A DNA stretch of 64,000 bases from an uncultured Gemmatimonadales bacterium (GCA_963850905.1 CAWKMU010000003.1:2272001-2336000); one strand, 5' to 3'. Shown: positions 1-10,349, counted from the first letter of the stretch. The notes: a model not told the origin generated them from the sequence alone. Translations and numbers: made by a program.

Positions 1-2006
1 CCGCGCTCCGCGCGCGGCGCGGCAGCGCGATCATTCTCGTCATGCTGACGACAGTCGCGCTGGCCGCGCTGGCCCTCTCGGCCATTTTCATGTCATCGAG
101 CTCTGTGCTCATGACCAAGTACTACGACAAGGAGCGCGACTTCCGCTACGCCGCGGAGCAAGCGATCCAGCTCGGCATGAGCCAGATGCAGCAGGACACG
201 GCGTTGCACCTGCCCGACAGCGGCTTCGTGACGCTCCTGTCGAACGCGCAGCTCATGGACGCGTACAACAACCCAATCCCAACGGTCCGCGTGAACCTCT
301 ACGCCGGCCAGAGTGGCACGAACACCGGGCAGTTCGGCGCTTTCGCTAGCCTCGTGGCGCAGGCGCAGGACTCATTGGGCAACACGCGCTACGTCCGGCG
401 ACTGGAGCTCATGGAGGACAACTTCGCCCGGTTTGCGATGTTCATCAACAATTTCCCAGGTGGCATCTGCTACGCAAACGGCGAGTTCATTAAAGGCGTC
501 GCCATGAGCAACACGAGCTGGTACTCCTGCCAGTCGCCTGGGCCGACATACTACGACACCGTCTCTGCCCATGGAACGGTCAGCGGGACGGCTACGTACA
601 TGAAGGGGAGTAAGAACGGTGTGCCGATCATCCCGTTCCCGACGGTCGCGAGGCTGGCGGCGCTGCCGGGATACGCAGCCGCTGCGAACAACAGCTTCAC
701 ATCGGTCACGCGGGGCACGCGCCTCGAGTTCGTCGCGGTCAACATGAATCCATCGGCCACGGACACGACCGAGGACGATCCGAATGAGGGCTTCTTCCGC
801 GTCTTCAATGACACGGCGGGCAATACTTCGGGCGAGGGTGTGCAGGGCTCAGGGTTCGACCGCGCGTTCGGCTATTACTATGACTCGTCGACGGTCAATC
901 ATTGGGCCGTCTACAACGACCAGTGTGGTGACTGGCACACGGTTGGCGGACGCGTGGAATTCTTCCCCGTCGCGGTACACAACCAGGCGTGGTTCAAGGC
1001 GGGCGTGTCGGGCGGTTCTCCGACCATCACGCAGCCGTGGGCCATCGATTCGATTCACACCAACGCGACCGGCGCGAATCGGGCGACGATCATGGGCCAC
1101 ACCACACCACGACAGGCGCGTTGCTACCCTGCAGGCGATCCGCACCTGGTAGCTGTCGAGCGCAATACCGGGTCCGGATACCTGGCGACGGACACCGCGA
1201 AGGGCGGGGAAGACTCGACCTTCACGCCGGTCAGCCGAAGCGGCTATTGGTCGGTCTGGACAGGGGGCGTGCCAGCTGGGCTGGCACCCGCGACGACCTG
1301 CGGGCAGCAATCGATCGGGAATACGTCGCTCTGTCCGCCGGGCATCAACACGGTCGAGGAGACGTACCTTTTCCCCCTCTACCGCGCGTACAACCCGAAC
1401 ACCAAAGGCGTCATCTACTTCAATGGCAGCGTCGGGATGAGTGGTTACTTGCGGGGCAACGTGACCGTGTACGCGTCCGGTAACGTGTACTTCACCGACG
1501 ATTTGTTCTACACGCAGGACCCGACCGTGAACGTCTGTGCGAATGAGCTCGGTATCATCGCCGGCGACACCCTCTACCTGGCAAACACGGCGATGAACCG
1601 GCCGCAGAACCCGACCACGCCCAGCAGCCCGACGGGGCCCGCGAACAGCGTGTTCATGAGCGACAACAAGAACTTCTATCTGGACGCAGTGACGCTGTCG
1701 CTGACGGCCGCGTTCGACGTGGAGAACTGGAACGGCGGCGCCTTGGGCATGGCGAACTGCGACGGGTTCAACGTCGGCGGTGGGTGCCTGGCGCAGACCG
1801 GCGGCGTGATCTCGCAAGGCATTGGCGTCACCTGGAACGGCTCAAACTCTGGGTTCCCGGAAAACCGCGCGGTTGACCCGTGCCTCTCGCAACAGTCGCC
1901 ACCCTATTTCCCGGTGACGGGCAAATACACGGCTAATCGCTACTACGAGCTCGATCCGGCCCAGTTCAACGTCGACTCGCTGTACAAGGGCCTACAGACG
2001 CAATAA
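1..2006 (+). CDS. PilX-like large minor pilin / pilus assembly protein, 5' end truncated by the window edge
   Basis: Frame is open from base 3: ALRARRG|SAIILVMLTTVALAALALSAIF, a basic leader plus Gly followed by a hydrophobic pilin helix. Shares many blocks with 22317..24497 (DPNEGFFRVF, CYPAGDPHL, KGVIYFNG, PPYFPVTG). Confidence 0.75.
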   Translation, partial: ALRARRGSAIILVMLTTVALAALALSAIFMSSSSVLMTKYYDKERDFRYAAEQAIQLGMSQMQQDTALHLPDSGFVTLLSNAQLMDAYNNPIPTVRVNLYAGQSGTNTGQFGAFASLVAQAQDSLGNTRYVRRLELMEDNFARFAMFINNFPGGICYANGEFIKGVAMSNTSWYSCQSPGPTYYDTVSAHGTVSGTATYMKGSKNGVPIIPFPTVARLAALPGYAAAANNSFTSVTRGTRLEFVAVNMNPSATDTTEDDPNEGFFRVFNDTAGNTSGEGVQGSGFDRAFGYYYDSSTVNHWAVYNDQCGDWHTVGGRVEFFPVAVHNQAWFKAGVSGGSPTITQPWAIDSIHTNATGANRATIMGHTTPRQARCYPAGDPHLVAVERNTGSGYLATDTAKGGEDSTFTPVSRSGYWSVWTGGVPAGLAPATTCGQQSIGNTSLCPPGINTVEETYLFPLYRAYNPNTKGVIYFNGSVGMSGYLRGNVTVYASGNVYFTDDLFYTQDPTVNVCANELGIIAGDTLYLANTAMNRPQNPTTPSSPTGPANSVFMSDNKNFYLDAVTLSLTAAFDVENWNGGALGMANCDGFNVGGGCLAQTGGVISQGIGVTWNGSNSGFPENRAVDPCLSQQSPPYFPVTGKYTANRYYELDPAQFNVDSLYKGLQTQ

Positions 2007-2044
2007 TCCGCGCCGGAGCGACGCGGTCGGTTTCCGTCCCTTCG

Positions 2045-2078
2045 ACACGGGCGTCCATGAAGCAATGGACGCCCGTGT
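2045..2078 (+). terminator. Hairpin, probable terminator
   Basis: Perfect 14-bp stem ACACGGGCGTCCAT / ATGGACGCCCGTGT with a 6-nt loop just after the stop codon; U-tract is weak. Confidence 0.6.
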
Positions 2079-2099
2079 TCGCGCTTCGCCCGGTCCGGA

Positions 2100-2873
2100 G
2101 TGGTCGTGGGCCTGATCGCCGCCCTCGTGCCGGCGCAGGCCTGTCGCACCCGACTGGAGGCCGCAGTTCATGGAGCGCATACGGTGCGTTTCTGCGACGA
2201 CTGGGTCACGCTCACGCGGGCATGCGAGTCAGAACCGGTGCATCTCGCGGTGTTCGACCTCTACGCTGCGGGTCACACCAGCTTTGATCAGGTGCGGCTT
2301 CTGCATCTCCGTTTCCCCCGGGTCGCGCTGCTCGGGTACGTAGCACTCGAGGCGCGACACGCACGCGACATGTTCGATCTGGCTCGATGCGGAGTCGACG
2401 ATCTCGTGGTCGCCGATGTCGATGATAATCCGACCTCCCTTCGGGCGCACGTCGACAAGGCCGAAGCGCGGAGCGCCGCAGCGGTCGTCCGTCCAGCCGT
2501 CGGCGGGTTGCCTACGCTCGTGCGGGATGCCGTCCTCGCGGCGGTCGCGAGAGCCCACGAGCGACTCACCGCCGAAACGCTCTCACGCCGCCTCACGACG
2601 ACCCGGCGCGAGCTGACAGAGGCGCTCGCAGGCGCCGGCCTGCCCCCGCCCAATCAGCTGCTCACGTGGGGCCGCTTGATCGTGGCTGCCCACCTGCTGG
2701 AAGAGACCGAGCAGAGTGCCGAAGGCGTCGCCGGCATTCTGGACTTTGCTTCGCCGAACGCCTTTCGCAGTGCCTGTCGGCGCTACCTGGGTGCCACGCC
2801 GCACGAGGTCCGCGCGCGCGGCGGAGCGGCACACGTCGCCAGCCTGCTACTGGGGGCGGCGCCGCGCAGTTAG
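2100..2873 (+). CDS. AraC-family transcriptional regulator with receiver-like N-terminal domain
   Basis: C-terminal HTH pattern VAGILDFASPNAFRSACRRYLGATPHEVR; N-terminal HLAVFDL resembles a receiver fold. Confidence 0.8.
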   Translation: MVVGLIAALVPAQACRTRLEAAVHGAHTVRFCDDWVTLTRACESEPVHLAVFDLYAAGHTSFDQVRLLHLRFPRVALLGYVALEARHARDMFDLARCGVDDLVVADVDDNPTSLRAHVDKAEARSAAAVVRPAVGGLPTLVRDAVLAAVARAHERLTAETLSRRLTTTRRELTEALAGAGLPPPNQLLTWGRLIVAAHLLEETEQSAEGVAGILDFASPNAFRSACRRYLGATPHEVRARGGAAHVASLLLGAAPRS

Positions 2874-2883
2874 ATCTCTGGAC

Positions 2884-3432
2884 ATGGATGGTGTGACCGC
2901 AGGAAACCCCAGCACCGTACGCATCCGGGATGCCGTCGCATCGGATGCGCACGCACTCTCGAGGTTCGCAGCCACGCTCTTTCGCGAGACCTATCGGCCG
3001 ACCGCTACCGCTGTCGACCTCGAAGCGTATGTCGCCACGCACTTCCGGCCCGAGGTGCAGGCAATGGAGATAGCCGCTCCCGATGGACGCACGCTCATCG
3101 CCGAAGTCAATGGGGAGCTGAGTGGCTATGCACAGCTCCAGACCGGATCGCCTCCGCCAATCGTGCAGGAACCGGGTGGGGCGCCGGCGCTGGCCGTGGA
3201 GATTCGTCGATTCTACGTCGCCCCTCAATGGCAAGGGCGAGGCATCGCACAGCAGCTGATGGCCGCCTGTCTCGAGACACGCCAGGACGGTCGTCCTGTC
3301 TGGCTCGGCGTCTTCGCGCACAATACGCGGGCGATCGCGTTCTACTCCAAATGCGGGTTCCGTATCGTCGGCGACACCACGTTCTATATGGGAGCGACGC
3401 CGGAGCGGGACCATGTGATGGTAAGGGGCTAG
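2884..3432 (+). CDS. GNAT-family N-acetyltransferase
   Basis: RFYVAPQWQGRGIAQQLM acetyl-CoA motif and WLGVFAHNTRAIAFYSKCGF; start moved to the ATG after the AraC stop. Confidence 0.85.
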   Translation: MDGVTAGNPSTVRIRDAVASDAHALSRFAATLFRETYRPTATAVDLEAYVATHFRPEVQAMEIAAPDGRTLIAEVNGELSGYAQLQTGSPPPIVQEPGGAPALAVEIRRFYVAPQWQGRGIAQQLMAACLETRQDGRPVWLGVFAHNTRAIAFYSKCGFRIVGDTTFYMGATPERDHVMVRG

Positions 3433-3448
3433 CGTCAGCGTCCAGCGT

Positions 3449-4360
3449 CTACGGGAAAACCGTGACCGTCGCGGATCCCGTGACACCATCTGGCGTACGT
3501 GCCGTGATCTGTGTGCTGCCGCCGGTGGTCGTGACTGCAGTCACCAGTCCGTGCTTGTTCACAGTCGCGACGGTGGGATCAGCGCTCGACCACGAGAGAG
3601 TCCGCTGGCCAGTCACGTCGTTGCCAAAGGTGTCCGTGAGCGCAGCGCTGAACTGCATCTGCTGCGCCAGGAGAAACGAGCCGCTCGTGCTCAAATAGGT
3701 AAACTGGGGACTGACTGTTACGCCCGAGATGTGACCGATCACCTTGACCGTCGCGCTGCCCGAGGGGAATCCCGAGTCGGGACTGGTAGCGGTGATGGTC
3801 GCCGTCCCGGTGCCGCTGTTCGTTCCGATCACCAATCCACCAGTGACGGAGACCAGCGCGCTATTGGTCGACCAGAACAACGGGCTGCTGGCGATCACAT
3901 GTCCCGCGGAATCGTAAGCGGTCGCCGCCAGGTGAGCGGTGTCACCAGGATGGCCCGCGTAGATGCTGTCGGCGGGTGGGGCGATCCTCACAGTCTTGAT
4001 GATCGGTTGCACGACAATGACACGCGCAAAGCCGTTGAGCCCTTGCGCGCTGGCGCCGACCTGTGCCACACCCGGTTGATGTGCGGCCACGACCCCAGAT
4101 TGGCTCACGGTGGCGACCAGGCTGTCGCTCGTCGACCAGTAGAACCTCTGGCGGGGCAGGGTGCTGCCCGAAACGCTGCGGGCGAGCGCCGAAAGGTCTT
4201 CCGAGTTGCCCGTAGCCAGGGAAACCGAATCCGGTGTCACCGAGATAGTGGCGATCGCGTCGGTGCTCGGAGCTACGGCGCCGGGTCCGCAGGCAGACAG
4301 TGCACCCGCCAAAGCTGTGGCAGCGACGGCAACACGACAGCCCGCCCGGAGAAGTTGCAT
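3449..4360 (-). CDS. Lipoprotein with tandem Ig-like (Big_2-type) domains
   Basis: Lipobox LSAC; repeats WSTSDSLVATVSQSGVV and WSSADPTVATVNKHGLV. Confidence 0.8.
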   Translation of the reverse strand: MQLLRAGCRVAVAATALAGALSACGPGAVAPSTDAIATISVTPDSVSLATGNSEDLSALARSVSGSTLPRQRFYWSTSDSLVATVSQSGVVAAHQPGVAQVGASAQGLNGFARVIVVQPIIKTVRIAPPADSIYAGHPGDTAHLAATAYDSAGHVIASSPLFWSTNSALVSVTGGLVIGTNSGTGTATITATSPDSGFPSGSATVKVIGHISGVTVSPQFTYLSTSGSFLLAQQMQFSAALTDTFGNDVTGQRTLSWSSADPTVATVNKHGLVTAVTTTGGSTQITARTPDGVTGSATVTVFP

Positions 4361-4524
4361 ACGTGCTCCGGGGTCTGGGGTGTTGTGCGAGCCTGTCTGC
4401 CCCGCAGCGAGCGCGGCCACGCGGCCCAGATCCGCAGAAGCTGTGCCGGTAACCGGCACAGCCATCAAACCCTTACATCGGCTGAAGTACTGCGGCGCGC
4501 GTGCTGCAGCACTCGAGAGACGGT

Positions 4525-6405
4525 CTACGGGCTATTGCCGTGTGGGAAAGACCCGGCCGGGGATTTCGCACTCGTCGGGCGGGACCGCACACCCGCGCTT
4601 GGCACGATCGGCGAAATGGACTGAGGTCCGGCGGGCCGCGCCATCCCCTCGTCGGCACCTCGATCGGCGCCGTCCGAGGCGGGAGTCGGTTCGGCCTGGG
4701 TCTGCCTCGAGGGGGCAGGTGCCTGGCTTGAATCCGCAGGCGAGTTGCTGGGATTAGGGGCCGCGCTCGACTGGGACTGAACCGTCGTGTCCGAGTCGGT
4801 GTTGCCAACGGAATCTGCGCCCGTGGATCCAGGCGCGGGTGCTGCGACCGAGGCCGTCGAATCCGTATCGTCAGGTTCGCCCTGCCCGGTACTCGGATGC
4901 GATCGATGGTGGGTGGCCGCAACGGCGATGAGCCCCACAACAACGACGGCAGCGATAGCAGCCGCAATGCGTCGCGCTCCTGGCCGGTGCCACCAGGGCA
5001 AGAATGAATCGGAGTCGAAGCCCCCGTCCAGCGCCGCGACGTCCGAGGTGAGCACGAGATCGGCTCGCGGGAACACCTTGGGCCGAGACCGAATGGGTCC
5101 GGTCAGTGCCGCGGCCTCGGGGAACTCTGACTCCCATGTCGGAACGCTGCTCGTAGCCTCGGGATTCTCTACGTTGCCCGTGGCCGTGGCCTCCGATGCG
5201 GTGGGACGTGTGACCTCGTCGGGGGCTGCGACCGGAACGGTGTCGATCGGTTCCGCCGGAGGCGTCTCGATGACCGAGTGGTCGTGCGGCTGCGTGTCGG
5301 GCTCCTCGTGCACGAGACCGAGCGTGATCGGAGCCGGACGATCGTCCGGCTCTGCCTCGACGTCGAGGAACGGCAGCATTGGCAGCACCGAGTCTTCGGT
5401 CTTTGCCGGCACCAGCGGGCTCGGGTCTTCAGTGGCGTAGAATCGCTCGGATGGTGCTGGCTCCCCCCGTAGGCGCGTGTCGATCGGCTCGCGTAGGTCA
5501 GCCGGCTCCGGCTCGTTGACTCGCCCAGGTATGGCGGCGGGCTGCGATCCATCGACCGGCTCCAAAGTGTCGGCCGCCTCGAGAGCGTCGGCCGGCTCGA
5601 GAGCGTCGGCCGGCTCGAGAGCGTCGGCCGGCTCGAGAGCGTCGGTCGCCTCGAGAGCGTCGGCAGCCACGAGAGCGTCGACCCGGTCTTCGGTCTCGAC
5701 TGGGGCCACTGTGCCGAGCGCCTCCGGGTCGTCGGGGGCGAGGCCCTGCCTGATGGGCGGCGCCGGGTCCCGCGTTTCGGACCCACTCGTCCCACTCGGG
5801 GCGGGCAGATTGAGCTCGATATCGAGGCCAATGTCGATTGGGAGATATGACGGCGTGGCATTTGGCTCGAGGTCAGCGGGATCGAGGTCTGACCCTGTTT
5901 TTGGGCGCACCTCCACGGCCCCGTCTTCCCTGGTGTCTCCAGGCGCACCTTGCCCCGCTTGATCTGGCCTCGGCCAAGTGTCTGAGGTCAGCCACGAAGG
6001 CTTGGAGACGGCACTCTCCTTTTCGGCCCCGGTTGGGTCAGCGGTGGGAGCATCGCTTGGCGGATCTGCAGGTTGTCCGGCGAAGGGGCGCCGCGCGCGC
6101 TCCAGTTCCTCCCAGGTCGGATCGCGCCCGTACATATAGGCTTCGAGGACCGTCGGAAGCGAGATTCGCTCCCCGGATTCGTACAGCCGGACATGCCAGT
6201 CATCGCCGGGCGGGTCCTCGGTGACGTCCCGTGGAGACGCGTAGTAGTCGAGATAGTCTCCGCGCGCATCCTGGCCGAAGTTGAAGCGCACACTCCAGCC
6301 GGCGTGCTGGATCAGCCCCGCTCGGCGGGTTGCTGCCGCGTCGGCCGGAAGGTGGAGGTCCCACCGTGCAAAGTCGTTTTCAAAAGCCTCCACCGCTCGG
6401 TCCAT
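4525..6405 (-). CDS. Hypothetical membrane-anchored protein: compact N-terminal domain, long acidic Pro-rich linker, one TM helix, low-complexity tail
   Basis: Start MDRAVEAF follows a GGAGGG SD-like sequence; TM segment IAAAIAAVVVVGLIAVAA. Confidence 0.65.
   Translation of the reverse strand: MDRAVEAFENDFARWDLHLPADAAATRRAGLIQHAGWSVRFNFGQDARGDYLDYYASPRDVTEDPPGDDWHVRLYESGERISLPTVLEAYMYGRDPTWEELERARRPFAGQPADPPSDAPTADPTGAEKESAVSKPSWLTSDTWPRPDQAGQGAPGDTREDGAVEVRPKTGSDLDPADLEPNATPSYLPIDIGLDIELNLPAPSGTSGSETRDPAPPIRQGLAPDDPEALGTVAPVETEDRVDALVAADALEATDALEPADALEPADALEPADALEAADTLEPVDGSQPAAIPGRVNEPEPADLREPIDTRLRGEPAPSERFYATEDPSPLVPAKTEDSVLPMLPFLDVEAEPDDRPAPITLGLVHEEPDTQPHDHSVIETPPAEPIDTVPVAAPDEVTRPTASEATATGNVENPEATSSVPTWESEFPEAAALTGPIRSRPKVFPRADLVLTSDVAALDGGFDSDSFLPWWHRPGARRIAAAIAAVVVVGLIAVAATHHRSHPSTGQGEPDDTDSTASVAAPAPGSTGADSVGNTDSDTTVQSQSSAAPNPSNSPADSSQAPAPSRQTQAEPTPASDGADRGADEGMARPAGPQSISPIVPSAGVRSRPTSAKSPAGSFPHGNSP
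5560..5680. repeat. 18-bp coding tandem repeat (ADALEP), about 6.5 copies
   Basis: CTCGAGAGCGTCGGCCGG is exact at 5578, 5596 and 5614, with degenerate flanking copies. Confidence 0.9.
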
Positions 6406-6541
6406 GCACCCTCCGCCCTCGACGGGCCGCGGGCCCCGGCGGCCGCCCCCAGGGGCGGGATGCGGATGGGCCCGAATAGGGACGACCGACACATCGGACG
6501 CGGAACGAGGAGAACCGAACAGAAGCCGGCATTTTCGATGA

Positions 6542-7693
6542 CTACATCTGTTCCGTTGCCGCGGCGAGGGCGACGAAGAACGCTTCCAATTCATCGTCGG
6601 TCGTGTAGAAGTGCGGCGACACTCGAATGCCGGCACCGGGCCGATAATCCACAACCACGTCTCGTCGGGCCAGCGTCTCGACAACCGCGTGCCCGTTCGG
6701 GACGTCGAGGGTGACGGTCCCGCCACGGACCGCGGGATCCCGCGGACATGCGACAGGTATGCCCGCCGCGTCGGCGAGCTCGATCAGACGTTGCGTCTGC
6801 CGAATGGATTTGGAGCGAATGGCCGGTACCCCAATTTCGCCCACGATCTCGTACCCCGACCGCGCCGCGTATAGGGCGGGCACGGCTGGTGTGCCGTTGA
6901 GAAAACGGTAGGCGTCATCGGCATACGCGATGGCCCCGTCCTCAAAGGCAAATGGCTGGCGATGGGCCATCCACCCCGTCAACCGCGGTTCGAGAGTCGG
7001 CCACAACTCCCGCCGCACGTACAGGTAACCAGCCCCCGGTCCCCCGCACAGCCATTTGACCGAGCCGCCCGTGGCGAAGTCCACCTGTAGCGCGCCAACG
7101 TCGACGGGAACGGTGCCCGCGGACTGGTACAGATCGACGAGCACGAGTGCTCCGACCTCATGCGCACGTCGGACAATGGCTGCCAGGTCCTGGACAAAGC
7201 CACTCCTGAACACGACGTGCGAGATCGAGACGAGCCGCGTGCGCTCGTCGATAGCCTCGAGCATCGGGCCCAGCGGAACCGTCATGCCGTCCTCGGACGC
7301 AACACCGGTGATGCACGCGCCCTCTCGCTCGAGCGCATGGAAGAGATAGAGGTTCGAGGGAAAATTGATCTCTTCGGTGACGAGACGATTACGGTCGGCC
7401 GGCCAGTCGAGCGCTGACAGCACCGTGGCTTGAGCGATCGACTGGTTCTGATGCATGACGACCTCGCCCGCCCCCGCGCCAATGATTCCGCCGATGAGAT
7501 CTCCCACGGTTCGCGGCATTTCCCACCACCCTTCGCTCCAGGCCCGCACCCCGCGCGAGGCCCAGACGTCGGTGAACTCCGACAGGCGTTCGCGCGTGCG
7601 CCGCGGCATCGCGCCGAGTGAATGGCTTACGAGGTAGACCGTGCGGTCAACAATTGGAAACTCCTTCCGCCAATTCAACAGATCGTCAGTCAT
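6542..7693 (-). CDS. kynU: Kynureninase (class V PLP enzyme)
   Basis: YLVSHSLGAMP, DLYQSAG, GGSVKWLCGGPGAG, GWMAH motifs. Confidence 0.8.
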   Translation of the reverse strand: MTDDLLNWRKEFPIVDRTVYLVSHSLGAMPRRTRERLSEFTDVWASRGVRAWSEGWWEMPRTVGDLIGGIIGAGAGEVVMHQNQSIAQATVLSALDWPADRNRLVTEEINFPSNLYLFHALEREGACITGVASEDGMTVPLGPMLEAIDERTRLVSISHVVFRSGFVQDLAAIVRRAHEVGALVLVDLYQSAGTVPVDVGALQVDFATGGSVKWLCGGPGAGYLYVRRELWPTLEPRLTGWMAHRQPFAFEDGAIAYADDAYRFLNGTPAVPALYAARSGYEIVGEIGVPAIRSKSIRQTQRLIELADAAGIPVACPRDPAVRGGTVTLDVPNGHAVVETLARRDVVVDYRPGAGIRVSPHFYTTDDELEAFFVALAAATEQM

Positions 7694-7826
7694 GTCTCGG
7701 TCCTTGATTCGTATCTCGATGCGACTGCGCGAGTTGGGATATCACCCGCTAGCCTCCTGGCCCTGCCATACTTATGTTACCTCCGTGTCGCAATAGGCTG
7801 GGCCCGTCGACTAAGGTGGTCACATA

Positions 7827-9041
7827 ATGCAGGTGGGAAGGAACGCCCCATCCGGACTCCGGACGGAAGTGGATATCTTACGGGGCGTGCCCCCGATTCT
7901 TCTGGCGGCGCTCATGGTCGCGGCGTGCGCAAGCGTGGGCGCGGCGCAAATGCCGGCTCCTCAGGCGACGCTACGATATACGGTCGACTCCGTGCACCGG
8001 GAGATCGTTGTCGAGTTATCACCGCTCAACCTGCCGGCGCATGCATCCCACCACGACATCGCACAGTTGCCCCCACAGGCGCTGGTGATCCCGGTGACGG
8101 GTTGGTTCGAGGGGTACGCCGGCGAAGTCGTCGACTCCGCCGGACGTCCCATCCCGCAGACGGTGATACATCACCTCAATTTGATCGTGCCGCAACGTCG
8201 CGAGCTCTTCAGCACGATCATGCAGCGAATGGGAGCCGCTGGGGCAGAGACGGCTCCGGTCAACCTGCCAGCGGTGTTTGGCCACCCGGTGCTGGGCTAT
8301 CCCGTTCATCAGGGGGATACCCTGCTCATCACGATCATGCTGAACAACCCGACCGCGGTGACATACCACGACGCGCGCCTCCGTGTGCGCCTGCCGTATG
8401 TCCCCCGCAGCGAGTGGCCGCGCCCGATTTCGATATTTCCCTTTTACGTCGACGTGACGCCGCCCGCGGGGCAACACGACTACGATCTGCCGCCGGGTCA
8501 TTCAGAGAAGAGCTGGGAGGGCCGTCCAGCCGTGTCGGGCCGAATGCTGGCGGTCGGTGGCCACTTGCACCAGTACGGGGTTGGGCTTCGATTCGAGGAC
8601 GTCACGACCGGTCGAGTGCTCTGGCAGACTGCGCCGATCACCGACGGAGCGGGACACGTGATCGGGTTCCCCACGAAGAAGTTCTGGTGGCGGTTCGGAG
8701 TGCCGCTATTCCCTGACCACACGTATCGCTTAACGGCGGTGTACGACAATCCGACGGGTCATACGATTCCTGACGGCGCGATGGGGACGCTGGGCGGAGT
8801 GTTTTTGCCACACGACATGGATCGATGGCCACCAGTCGATCGGACCACGGCGGAGTACCAGCGAGACGTAGTGGTGACGTACGACACCCGGATGGCAGAC
8901 ATGGATGACATGCATGGCATGGATCGATCGCCGAGGACGCAGCCCGCGGCACCGGGCGCGGCCGCGGAGACGCACGCGGGCATGCGCGAGGGCATGCTCA
9001 ACCCCAGCATTCCCACTCGACGCCCAGCCCAGACCCCGTGA
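7827..9041 (+). CDS. Exported protein resembling copper type II (PHM/DBH-like) monooxygenases; start may be GTG 7869
   Basis: Signal peptide; HH (VIHHLNL), HxH (GGHLH) and downstream Met (DGAMG) in the order of PHM copper ligands; Met/His-rich tail; GTGA overlap with the next gene. Confidence 0.5.
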   Translation: MQVGRNAPSGLRTEVDILRGVPPILLAALMVAACASVGAAQMPAPQATLRYTVDSVHREIVVELSPLNLPAHASHHDIAQLPPQALVIPVTGWFEGYAGEVVDSAGRPIPQTVIHHLNLIVPQRRELFSTIMQRMGAAGAETAPVNLPAVFGHPVLGYPVHQGDTLLITIMLNNPTAVTYHDARLRVRLPYVPRSEWPRPISIFPFYVDVTPPAGQHDYDLPPGHSEKSWEGRPAVSGRMLAVGGHLHQYGVGLRFEDVTTGRVLWQTAPITDGAGHVIGFPTKKFWWRFGVPLFPDHTYRLTAVYDNPTGHTIPDGAMGTLGGVFLPHDMDRWPPVDRTTAEYQRDVVVTYDTRMADMDDMHGMDRSPRTQPAAPGAAAETHAGMREGMLNPSIPTRRPAQTP

Positions 9042-10312
9042 AATCCAGCGCCCAGCCCGCCGCTCCCGCTGCGGCTTTCCAGCGACCGCGATCGGCCGAG
9101 ACCGCGGAGACGCCCCAGTCGATCGCGCACGCGGGCGACGTGTTCACGAAGGCCCAACAGTTCACTCGTCTGCGCGAAGTGCAGGCGATGGGGCTCTACC
9201 CGTATTTCGTGCCAGTGCACGCCTCGGGCTCGACCGAAGTCATCATCAACGGCAAGCGCGGCGTGATGGTCGGCTCGAACAACTACCTGGGCCTCAGTCA
9301 CGACCCACGGGTGGTGGCGGCTGCCCAGGACGCGATCACCAAGTACGGGACCGCGTGTACCGGTAGCCGCTTCCTGAATGGCAACACGGAGTTGCACGAG
9401 ACGATCGAGTTCCGCCTGGCGAAGTTGACCGGGAAAGAGGCGGCGCTCGTCTTCTCCACCGGCTTCCAGACCAACCTCGGCGTGATTTCGGCGCTCGTCG
9501 GTCGCGACGATGCGGTGTACATCGATAAGCTCGACCACGCGAGCGTCGTGGACGGGTGCCGTCTGGCGGCCGGCGACACTGTCCGCTTCCGGCACGGCGA
9601 TCTCGACGAGCTCGAGACGAAGCTGCGCCATGCCCGTTCAGGCGGGAAGTTGATCGTCGTGGACGGCGTGTTCAGCATGGAAGGCGATATCGTCGATCTG
9701 CCGCGGGTGGTCGAGCTCAAAGAGCGCTACGGCGCCCGGCTGGCTGTCGACGATGCCCACGCGATCGGCGTGTTGGGAGCGACGGGTGCCGGCACGGCGG
9801 AGCATTTCGGCCTGACCGACCAGGTCGATCTGATTATCGGCACGTTCAGCAAGTCGTTCGCATCGATCGGCGGCTTTGTAGCGGGTGAACAGGTCGTGAT
9901 CGACTACCTCAAGCATCACGCGCGTGCGTTGATCTTCAGTGCGTCGATGCCCCCGTCCGCCTGCGCCGCCGTTTTGGCGAGCATCGACATCCTCGAGCAG
10001 GAGCCCGAACGCCGGCTCGCGCTGTGGAAGAACGCGGCTCGCATGCAGGAAGGGCTGCAATCGCTCGGATTCGACACCTGCGGGAGCGAGACACCGATCG
10101 TGCCGGTAGTGATCGGCGATGATCTGCTGACGTTCGAGTTCTGGCGACAGCTGTACGACAACGGGGTGTTTGCCAACCCGGTGGTCGCGCCCGCCGTGCC
10201 GGCTCATGCCGCGCGGATTCGAACGTCCTACTCGGCGACGCATACGCCGGAGCAGCTCGACTTCGTGCTCGACGTCTTCGCGCGGGTCGGGAAGGGGCTG
10301 GGGGTCATCTGA
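9038..10312 (+). CDS. spt: Serine palmitoyltransferase-like alpha-oxoamine synthase
   Basis: GLYPYF, GSNNYLGL, GSRFLNG, DDAH, GTFSKSFASIGGF (PLP Lys); adjacent bCerS- and CerR-like genes favour Spt over BioF/Kbl. Confidence 0.8.
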   Translation: MKSSAQPAAPAAAFQRPRSAETAETPQSIAHAGDVFTKAQQFTRLREVQAMGLYPYFVPVHASGSTEVIINGKRGVMVGSNNYLGLSHDPRVVAAAQDAITKYGTACTGSRFLNGNTELHETIEFRLAKLTGKEAALVFSTGFQTNLGVISALVGRDDAVYIDKLDHASVVDGCRLAAGDTVRFRHGDLDELETKLRHARSGGKLIVVDGVFSMEGDIVDLPRVVELKERYGARLAVDDAHAIGVLGATGAGTAEHFGLTDQVDLIIGTFSKSFASIGGFVAGEQVVIDYLKHHARALIFSASMPPSACAAVLASIDILEQEPERRLALWKNAARMQEGLQSLGFDTCGSETPIVPVVIGDDLLTFEFWRQLYDNGVFANPVVAPAVPAHAARIRTSYSATHTPEQLDFVLDVFARVGKGLGVI

Positions 10313-10349
10313 GCGGTCGACGCGCCGGGCCTCTCCGTCGGAGGCTCCG

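Noticed and set aside
5560..5680. CRISPR array candidates (also 24188-24486 and 27713-27761)
   Set aside because: The repeats are contiguous with no unique spacers, and there are no cas genes.
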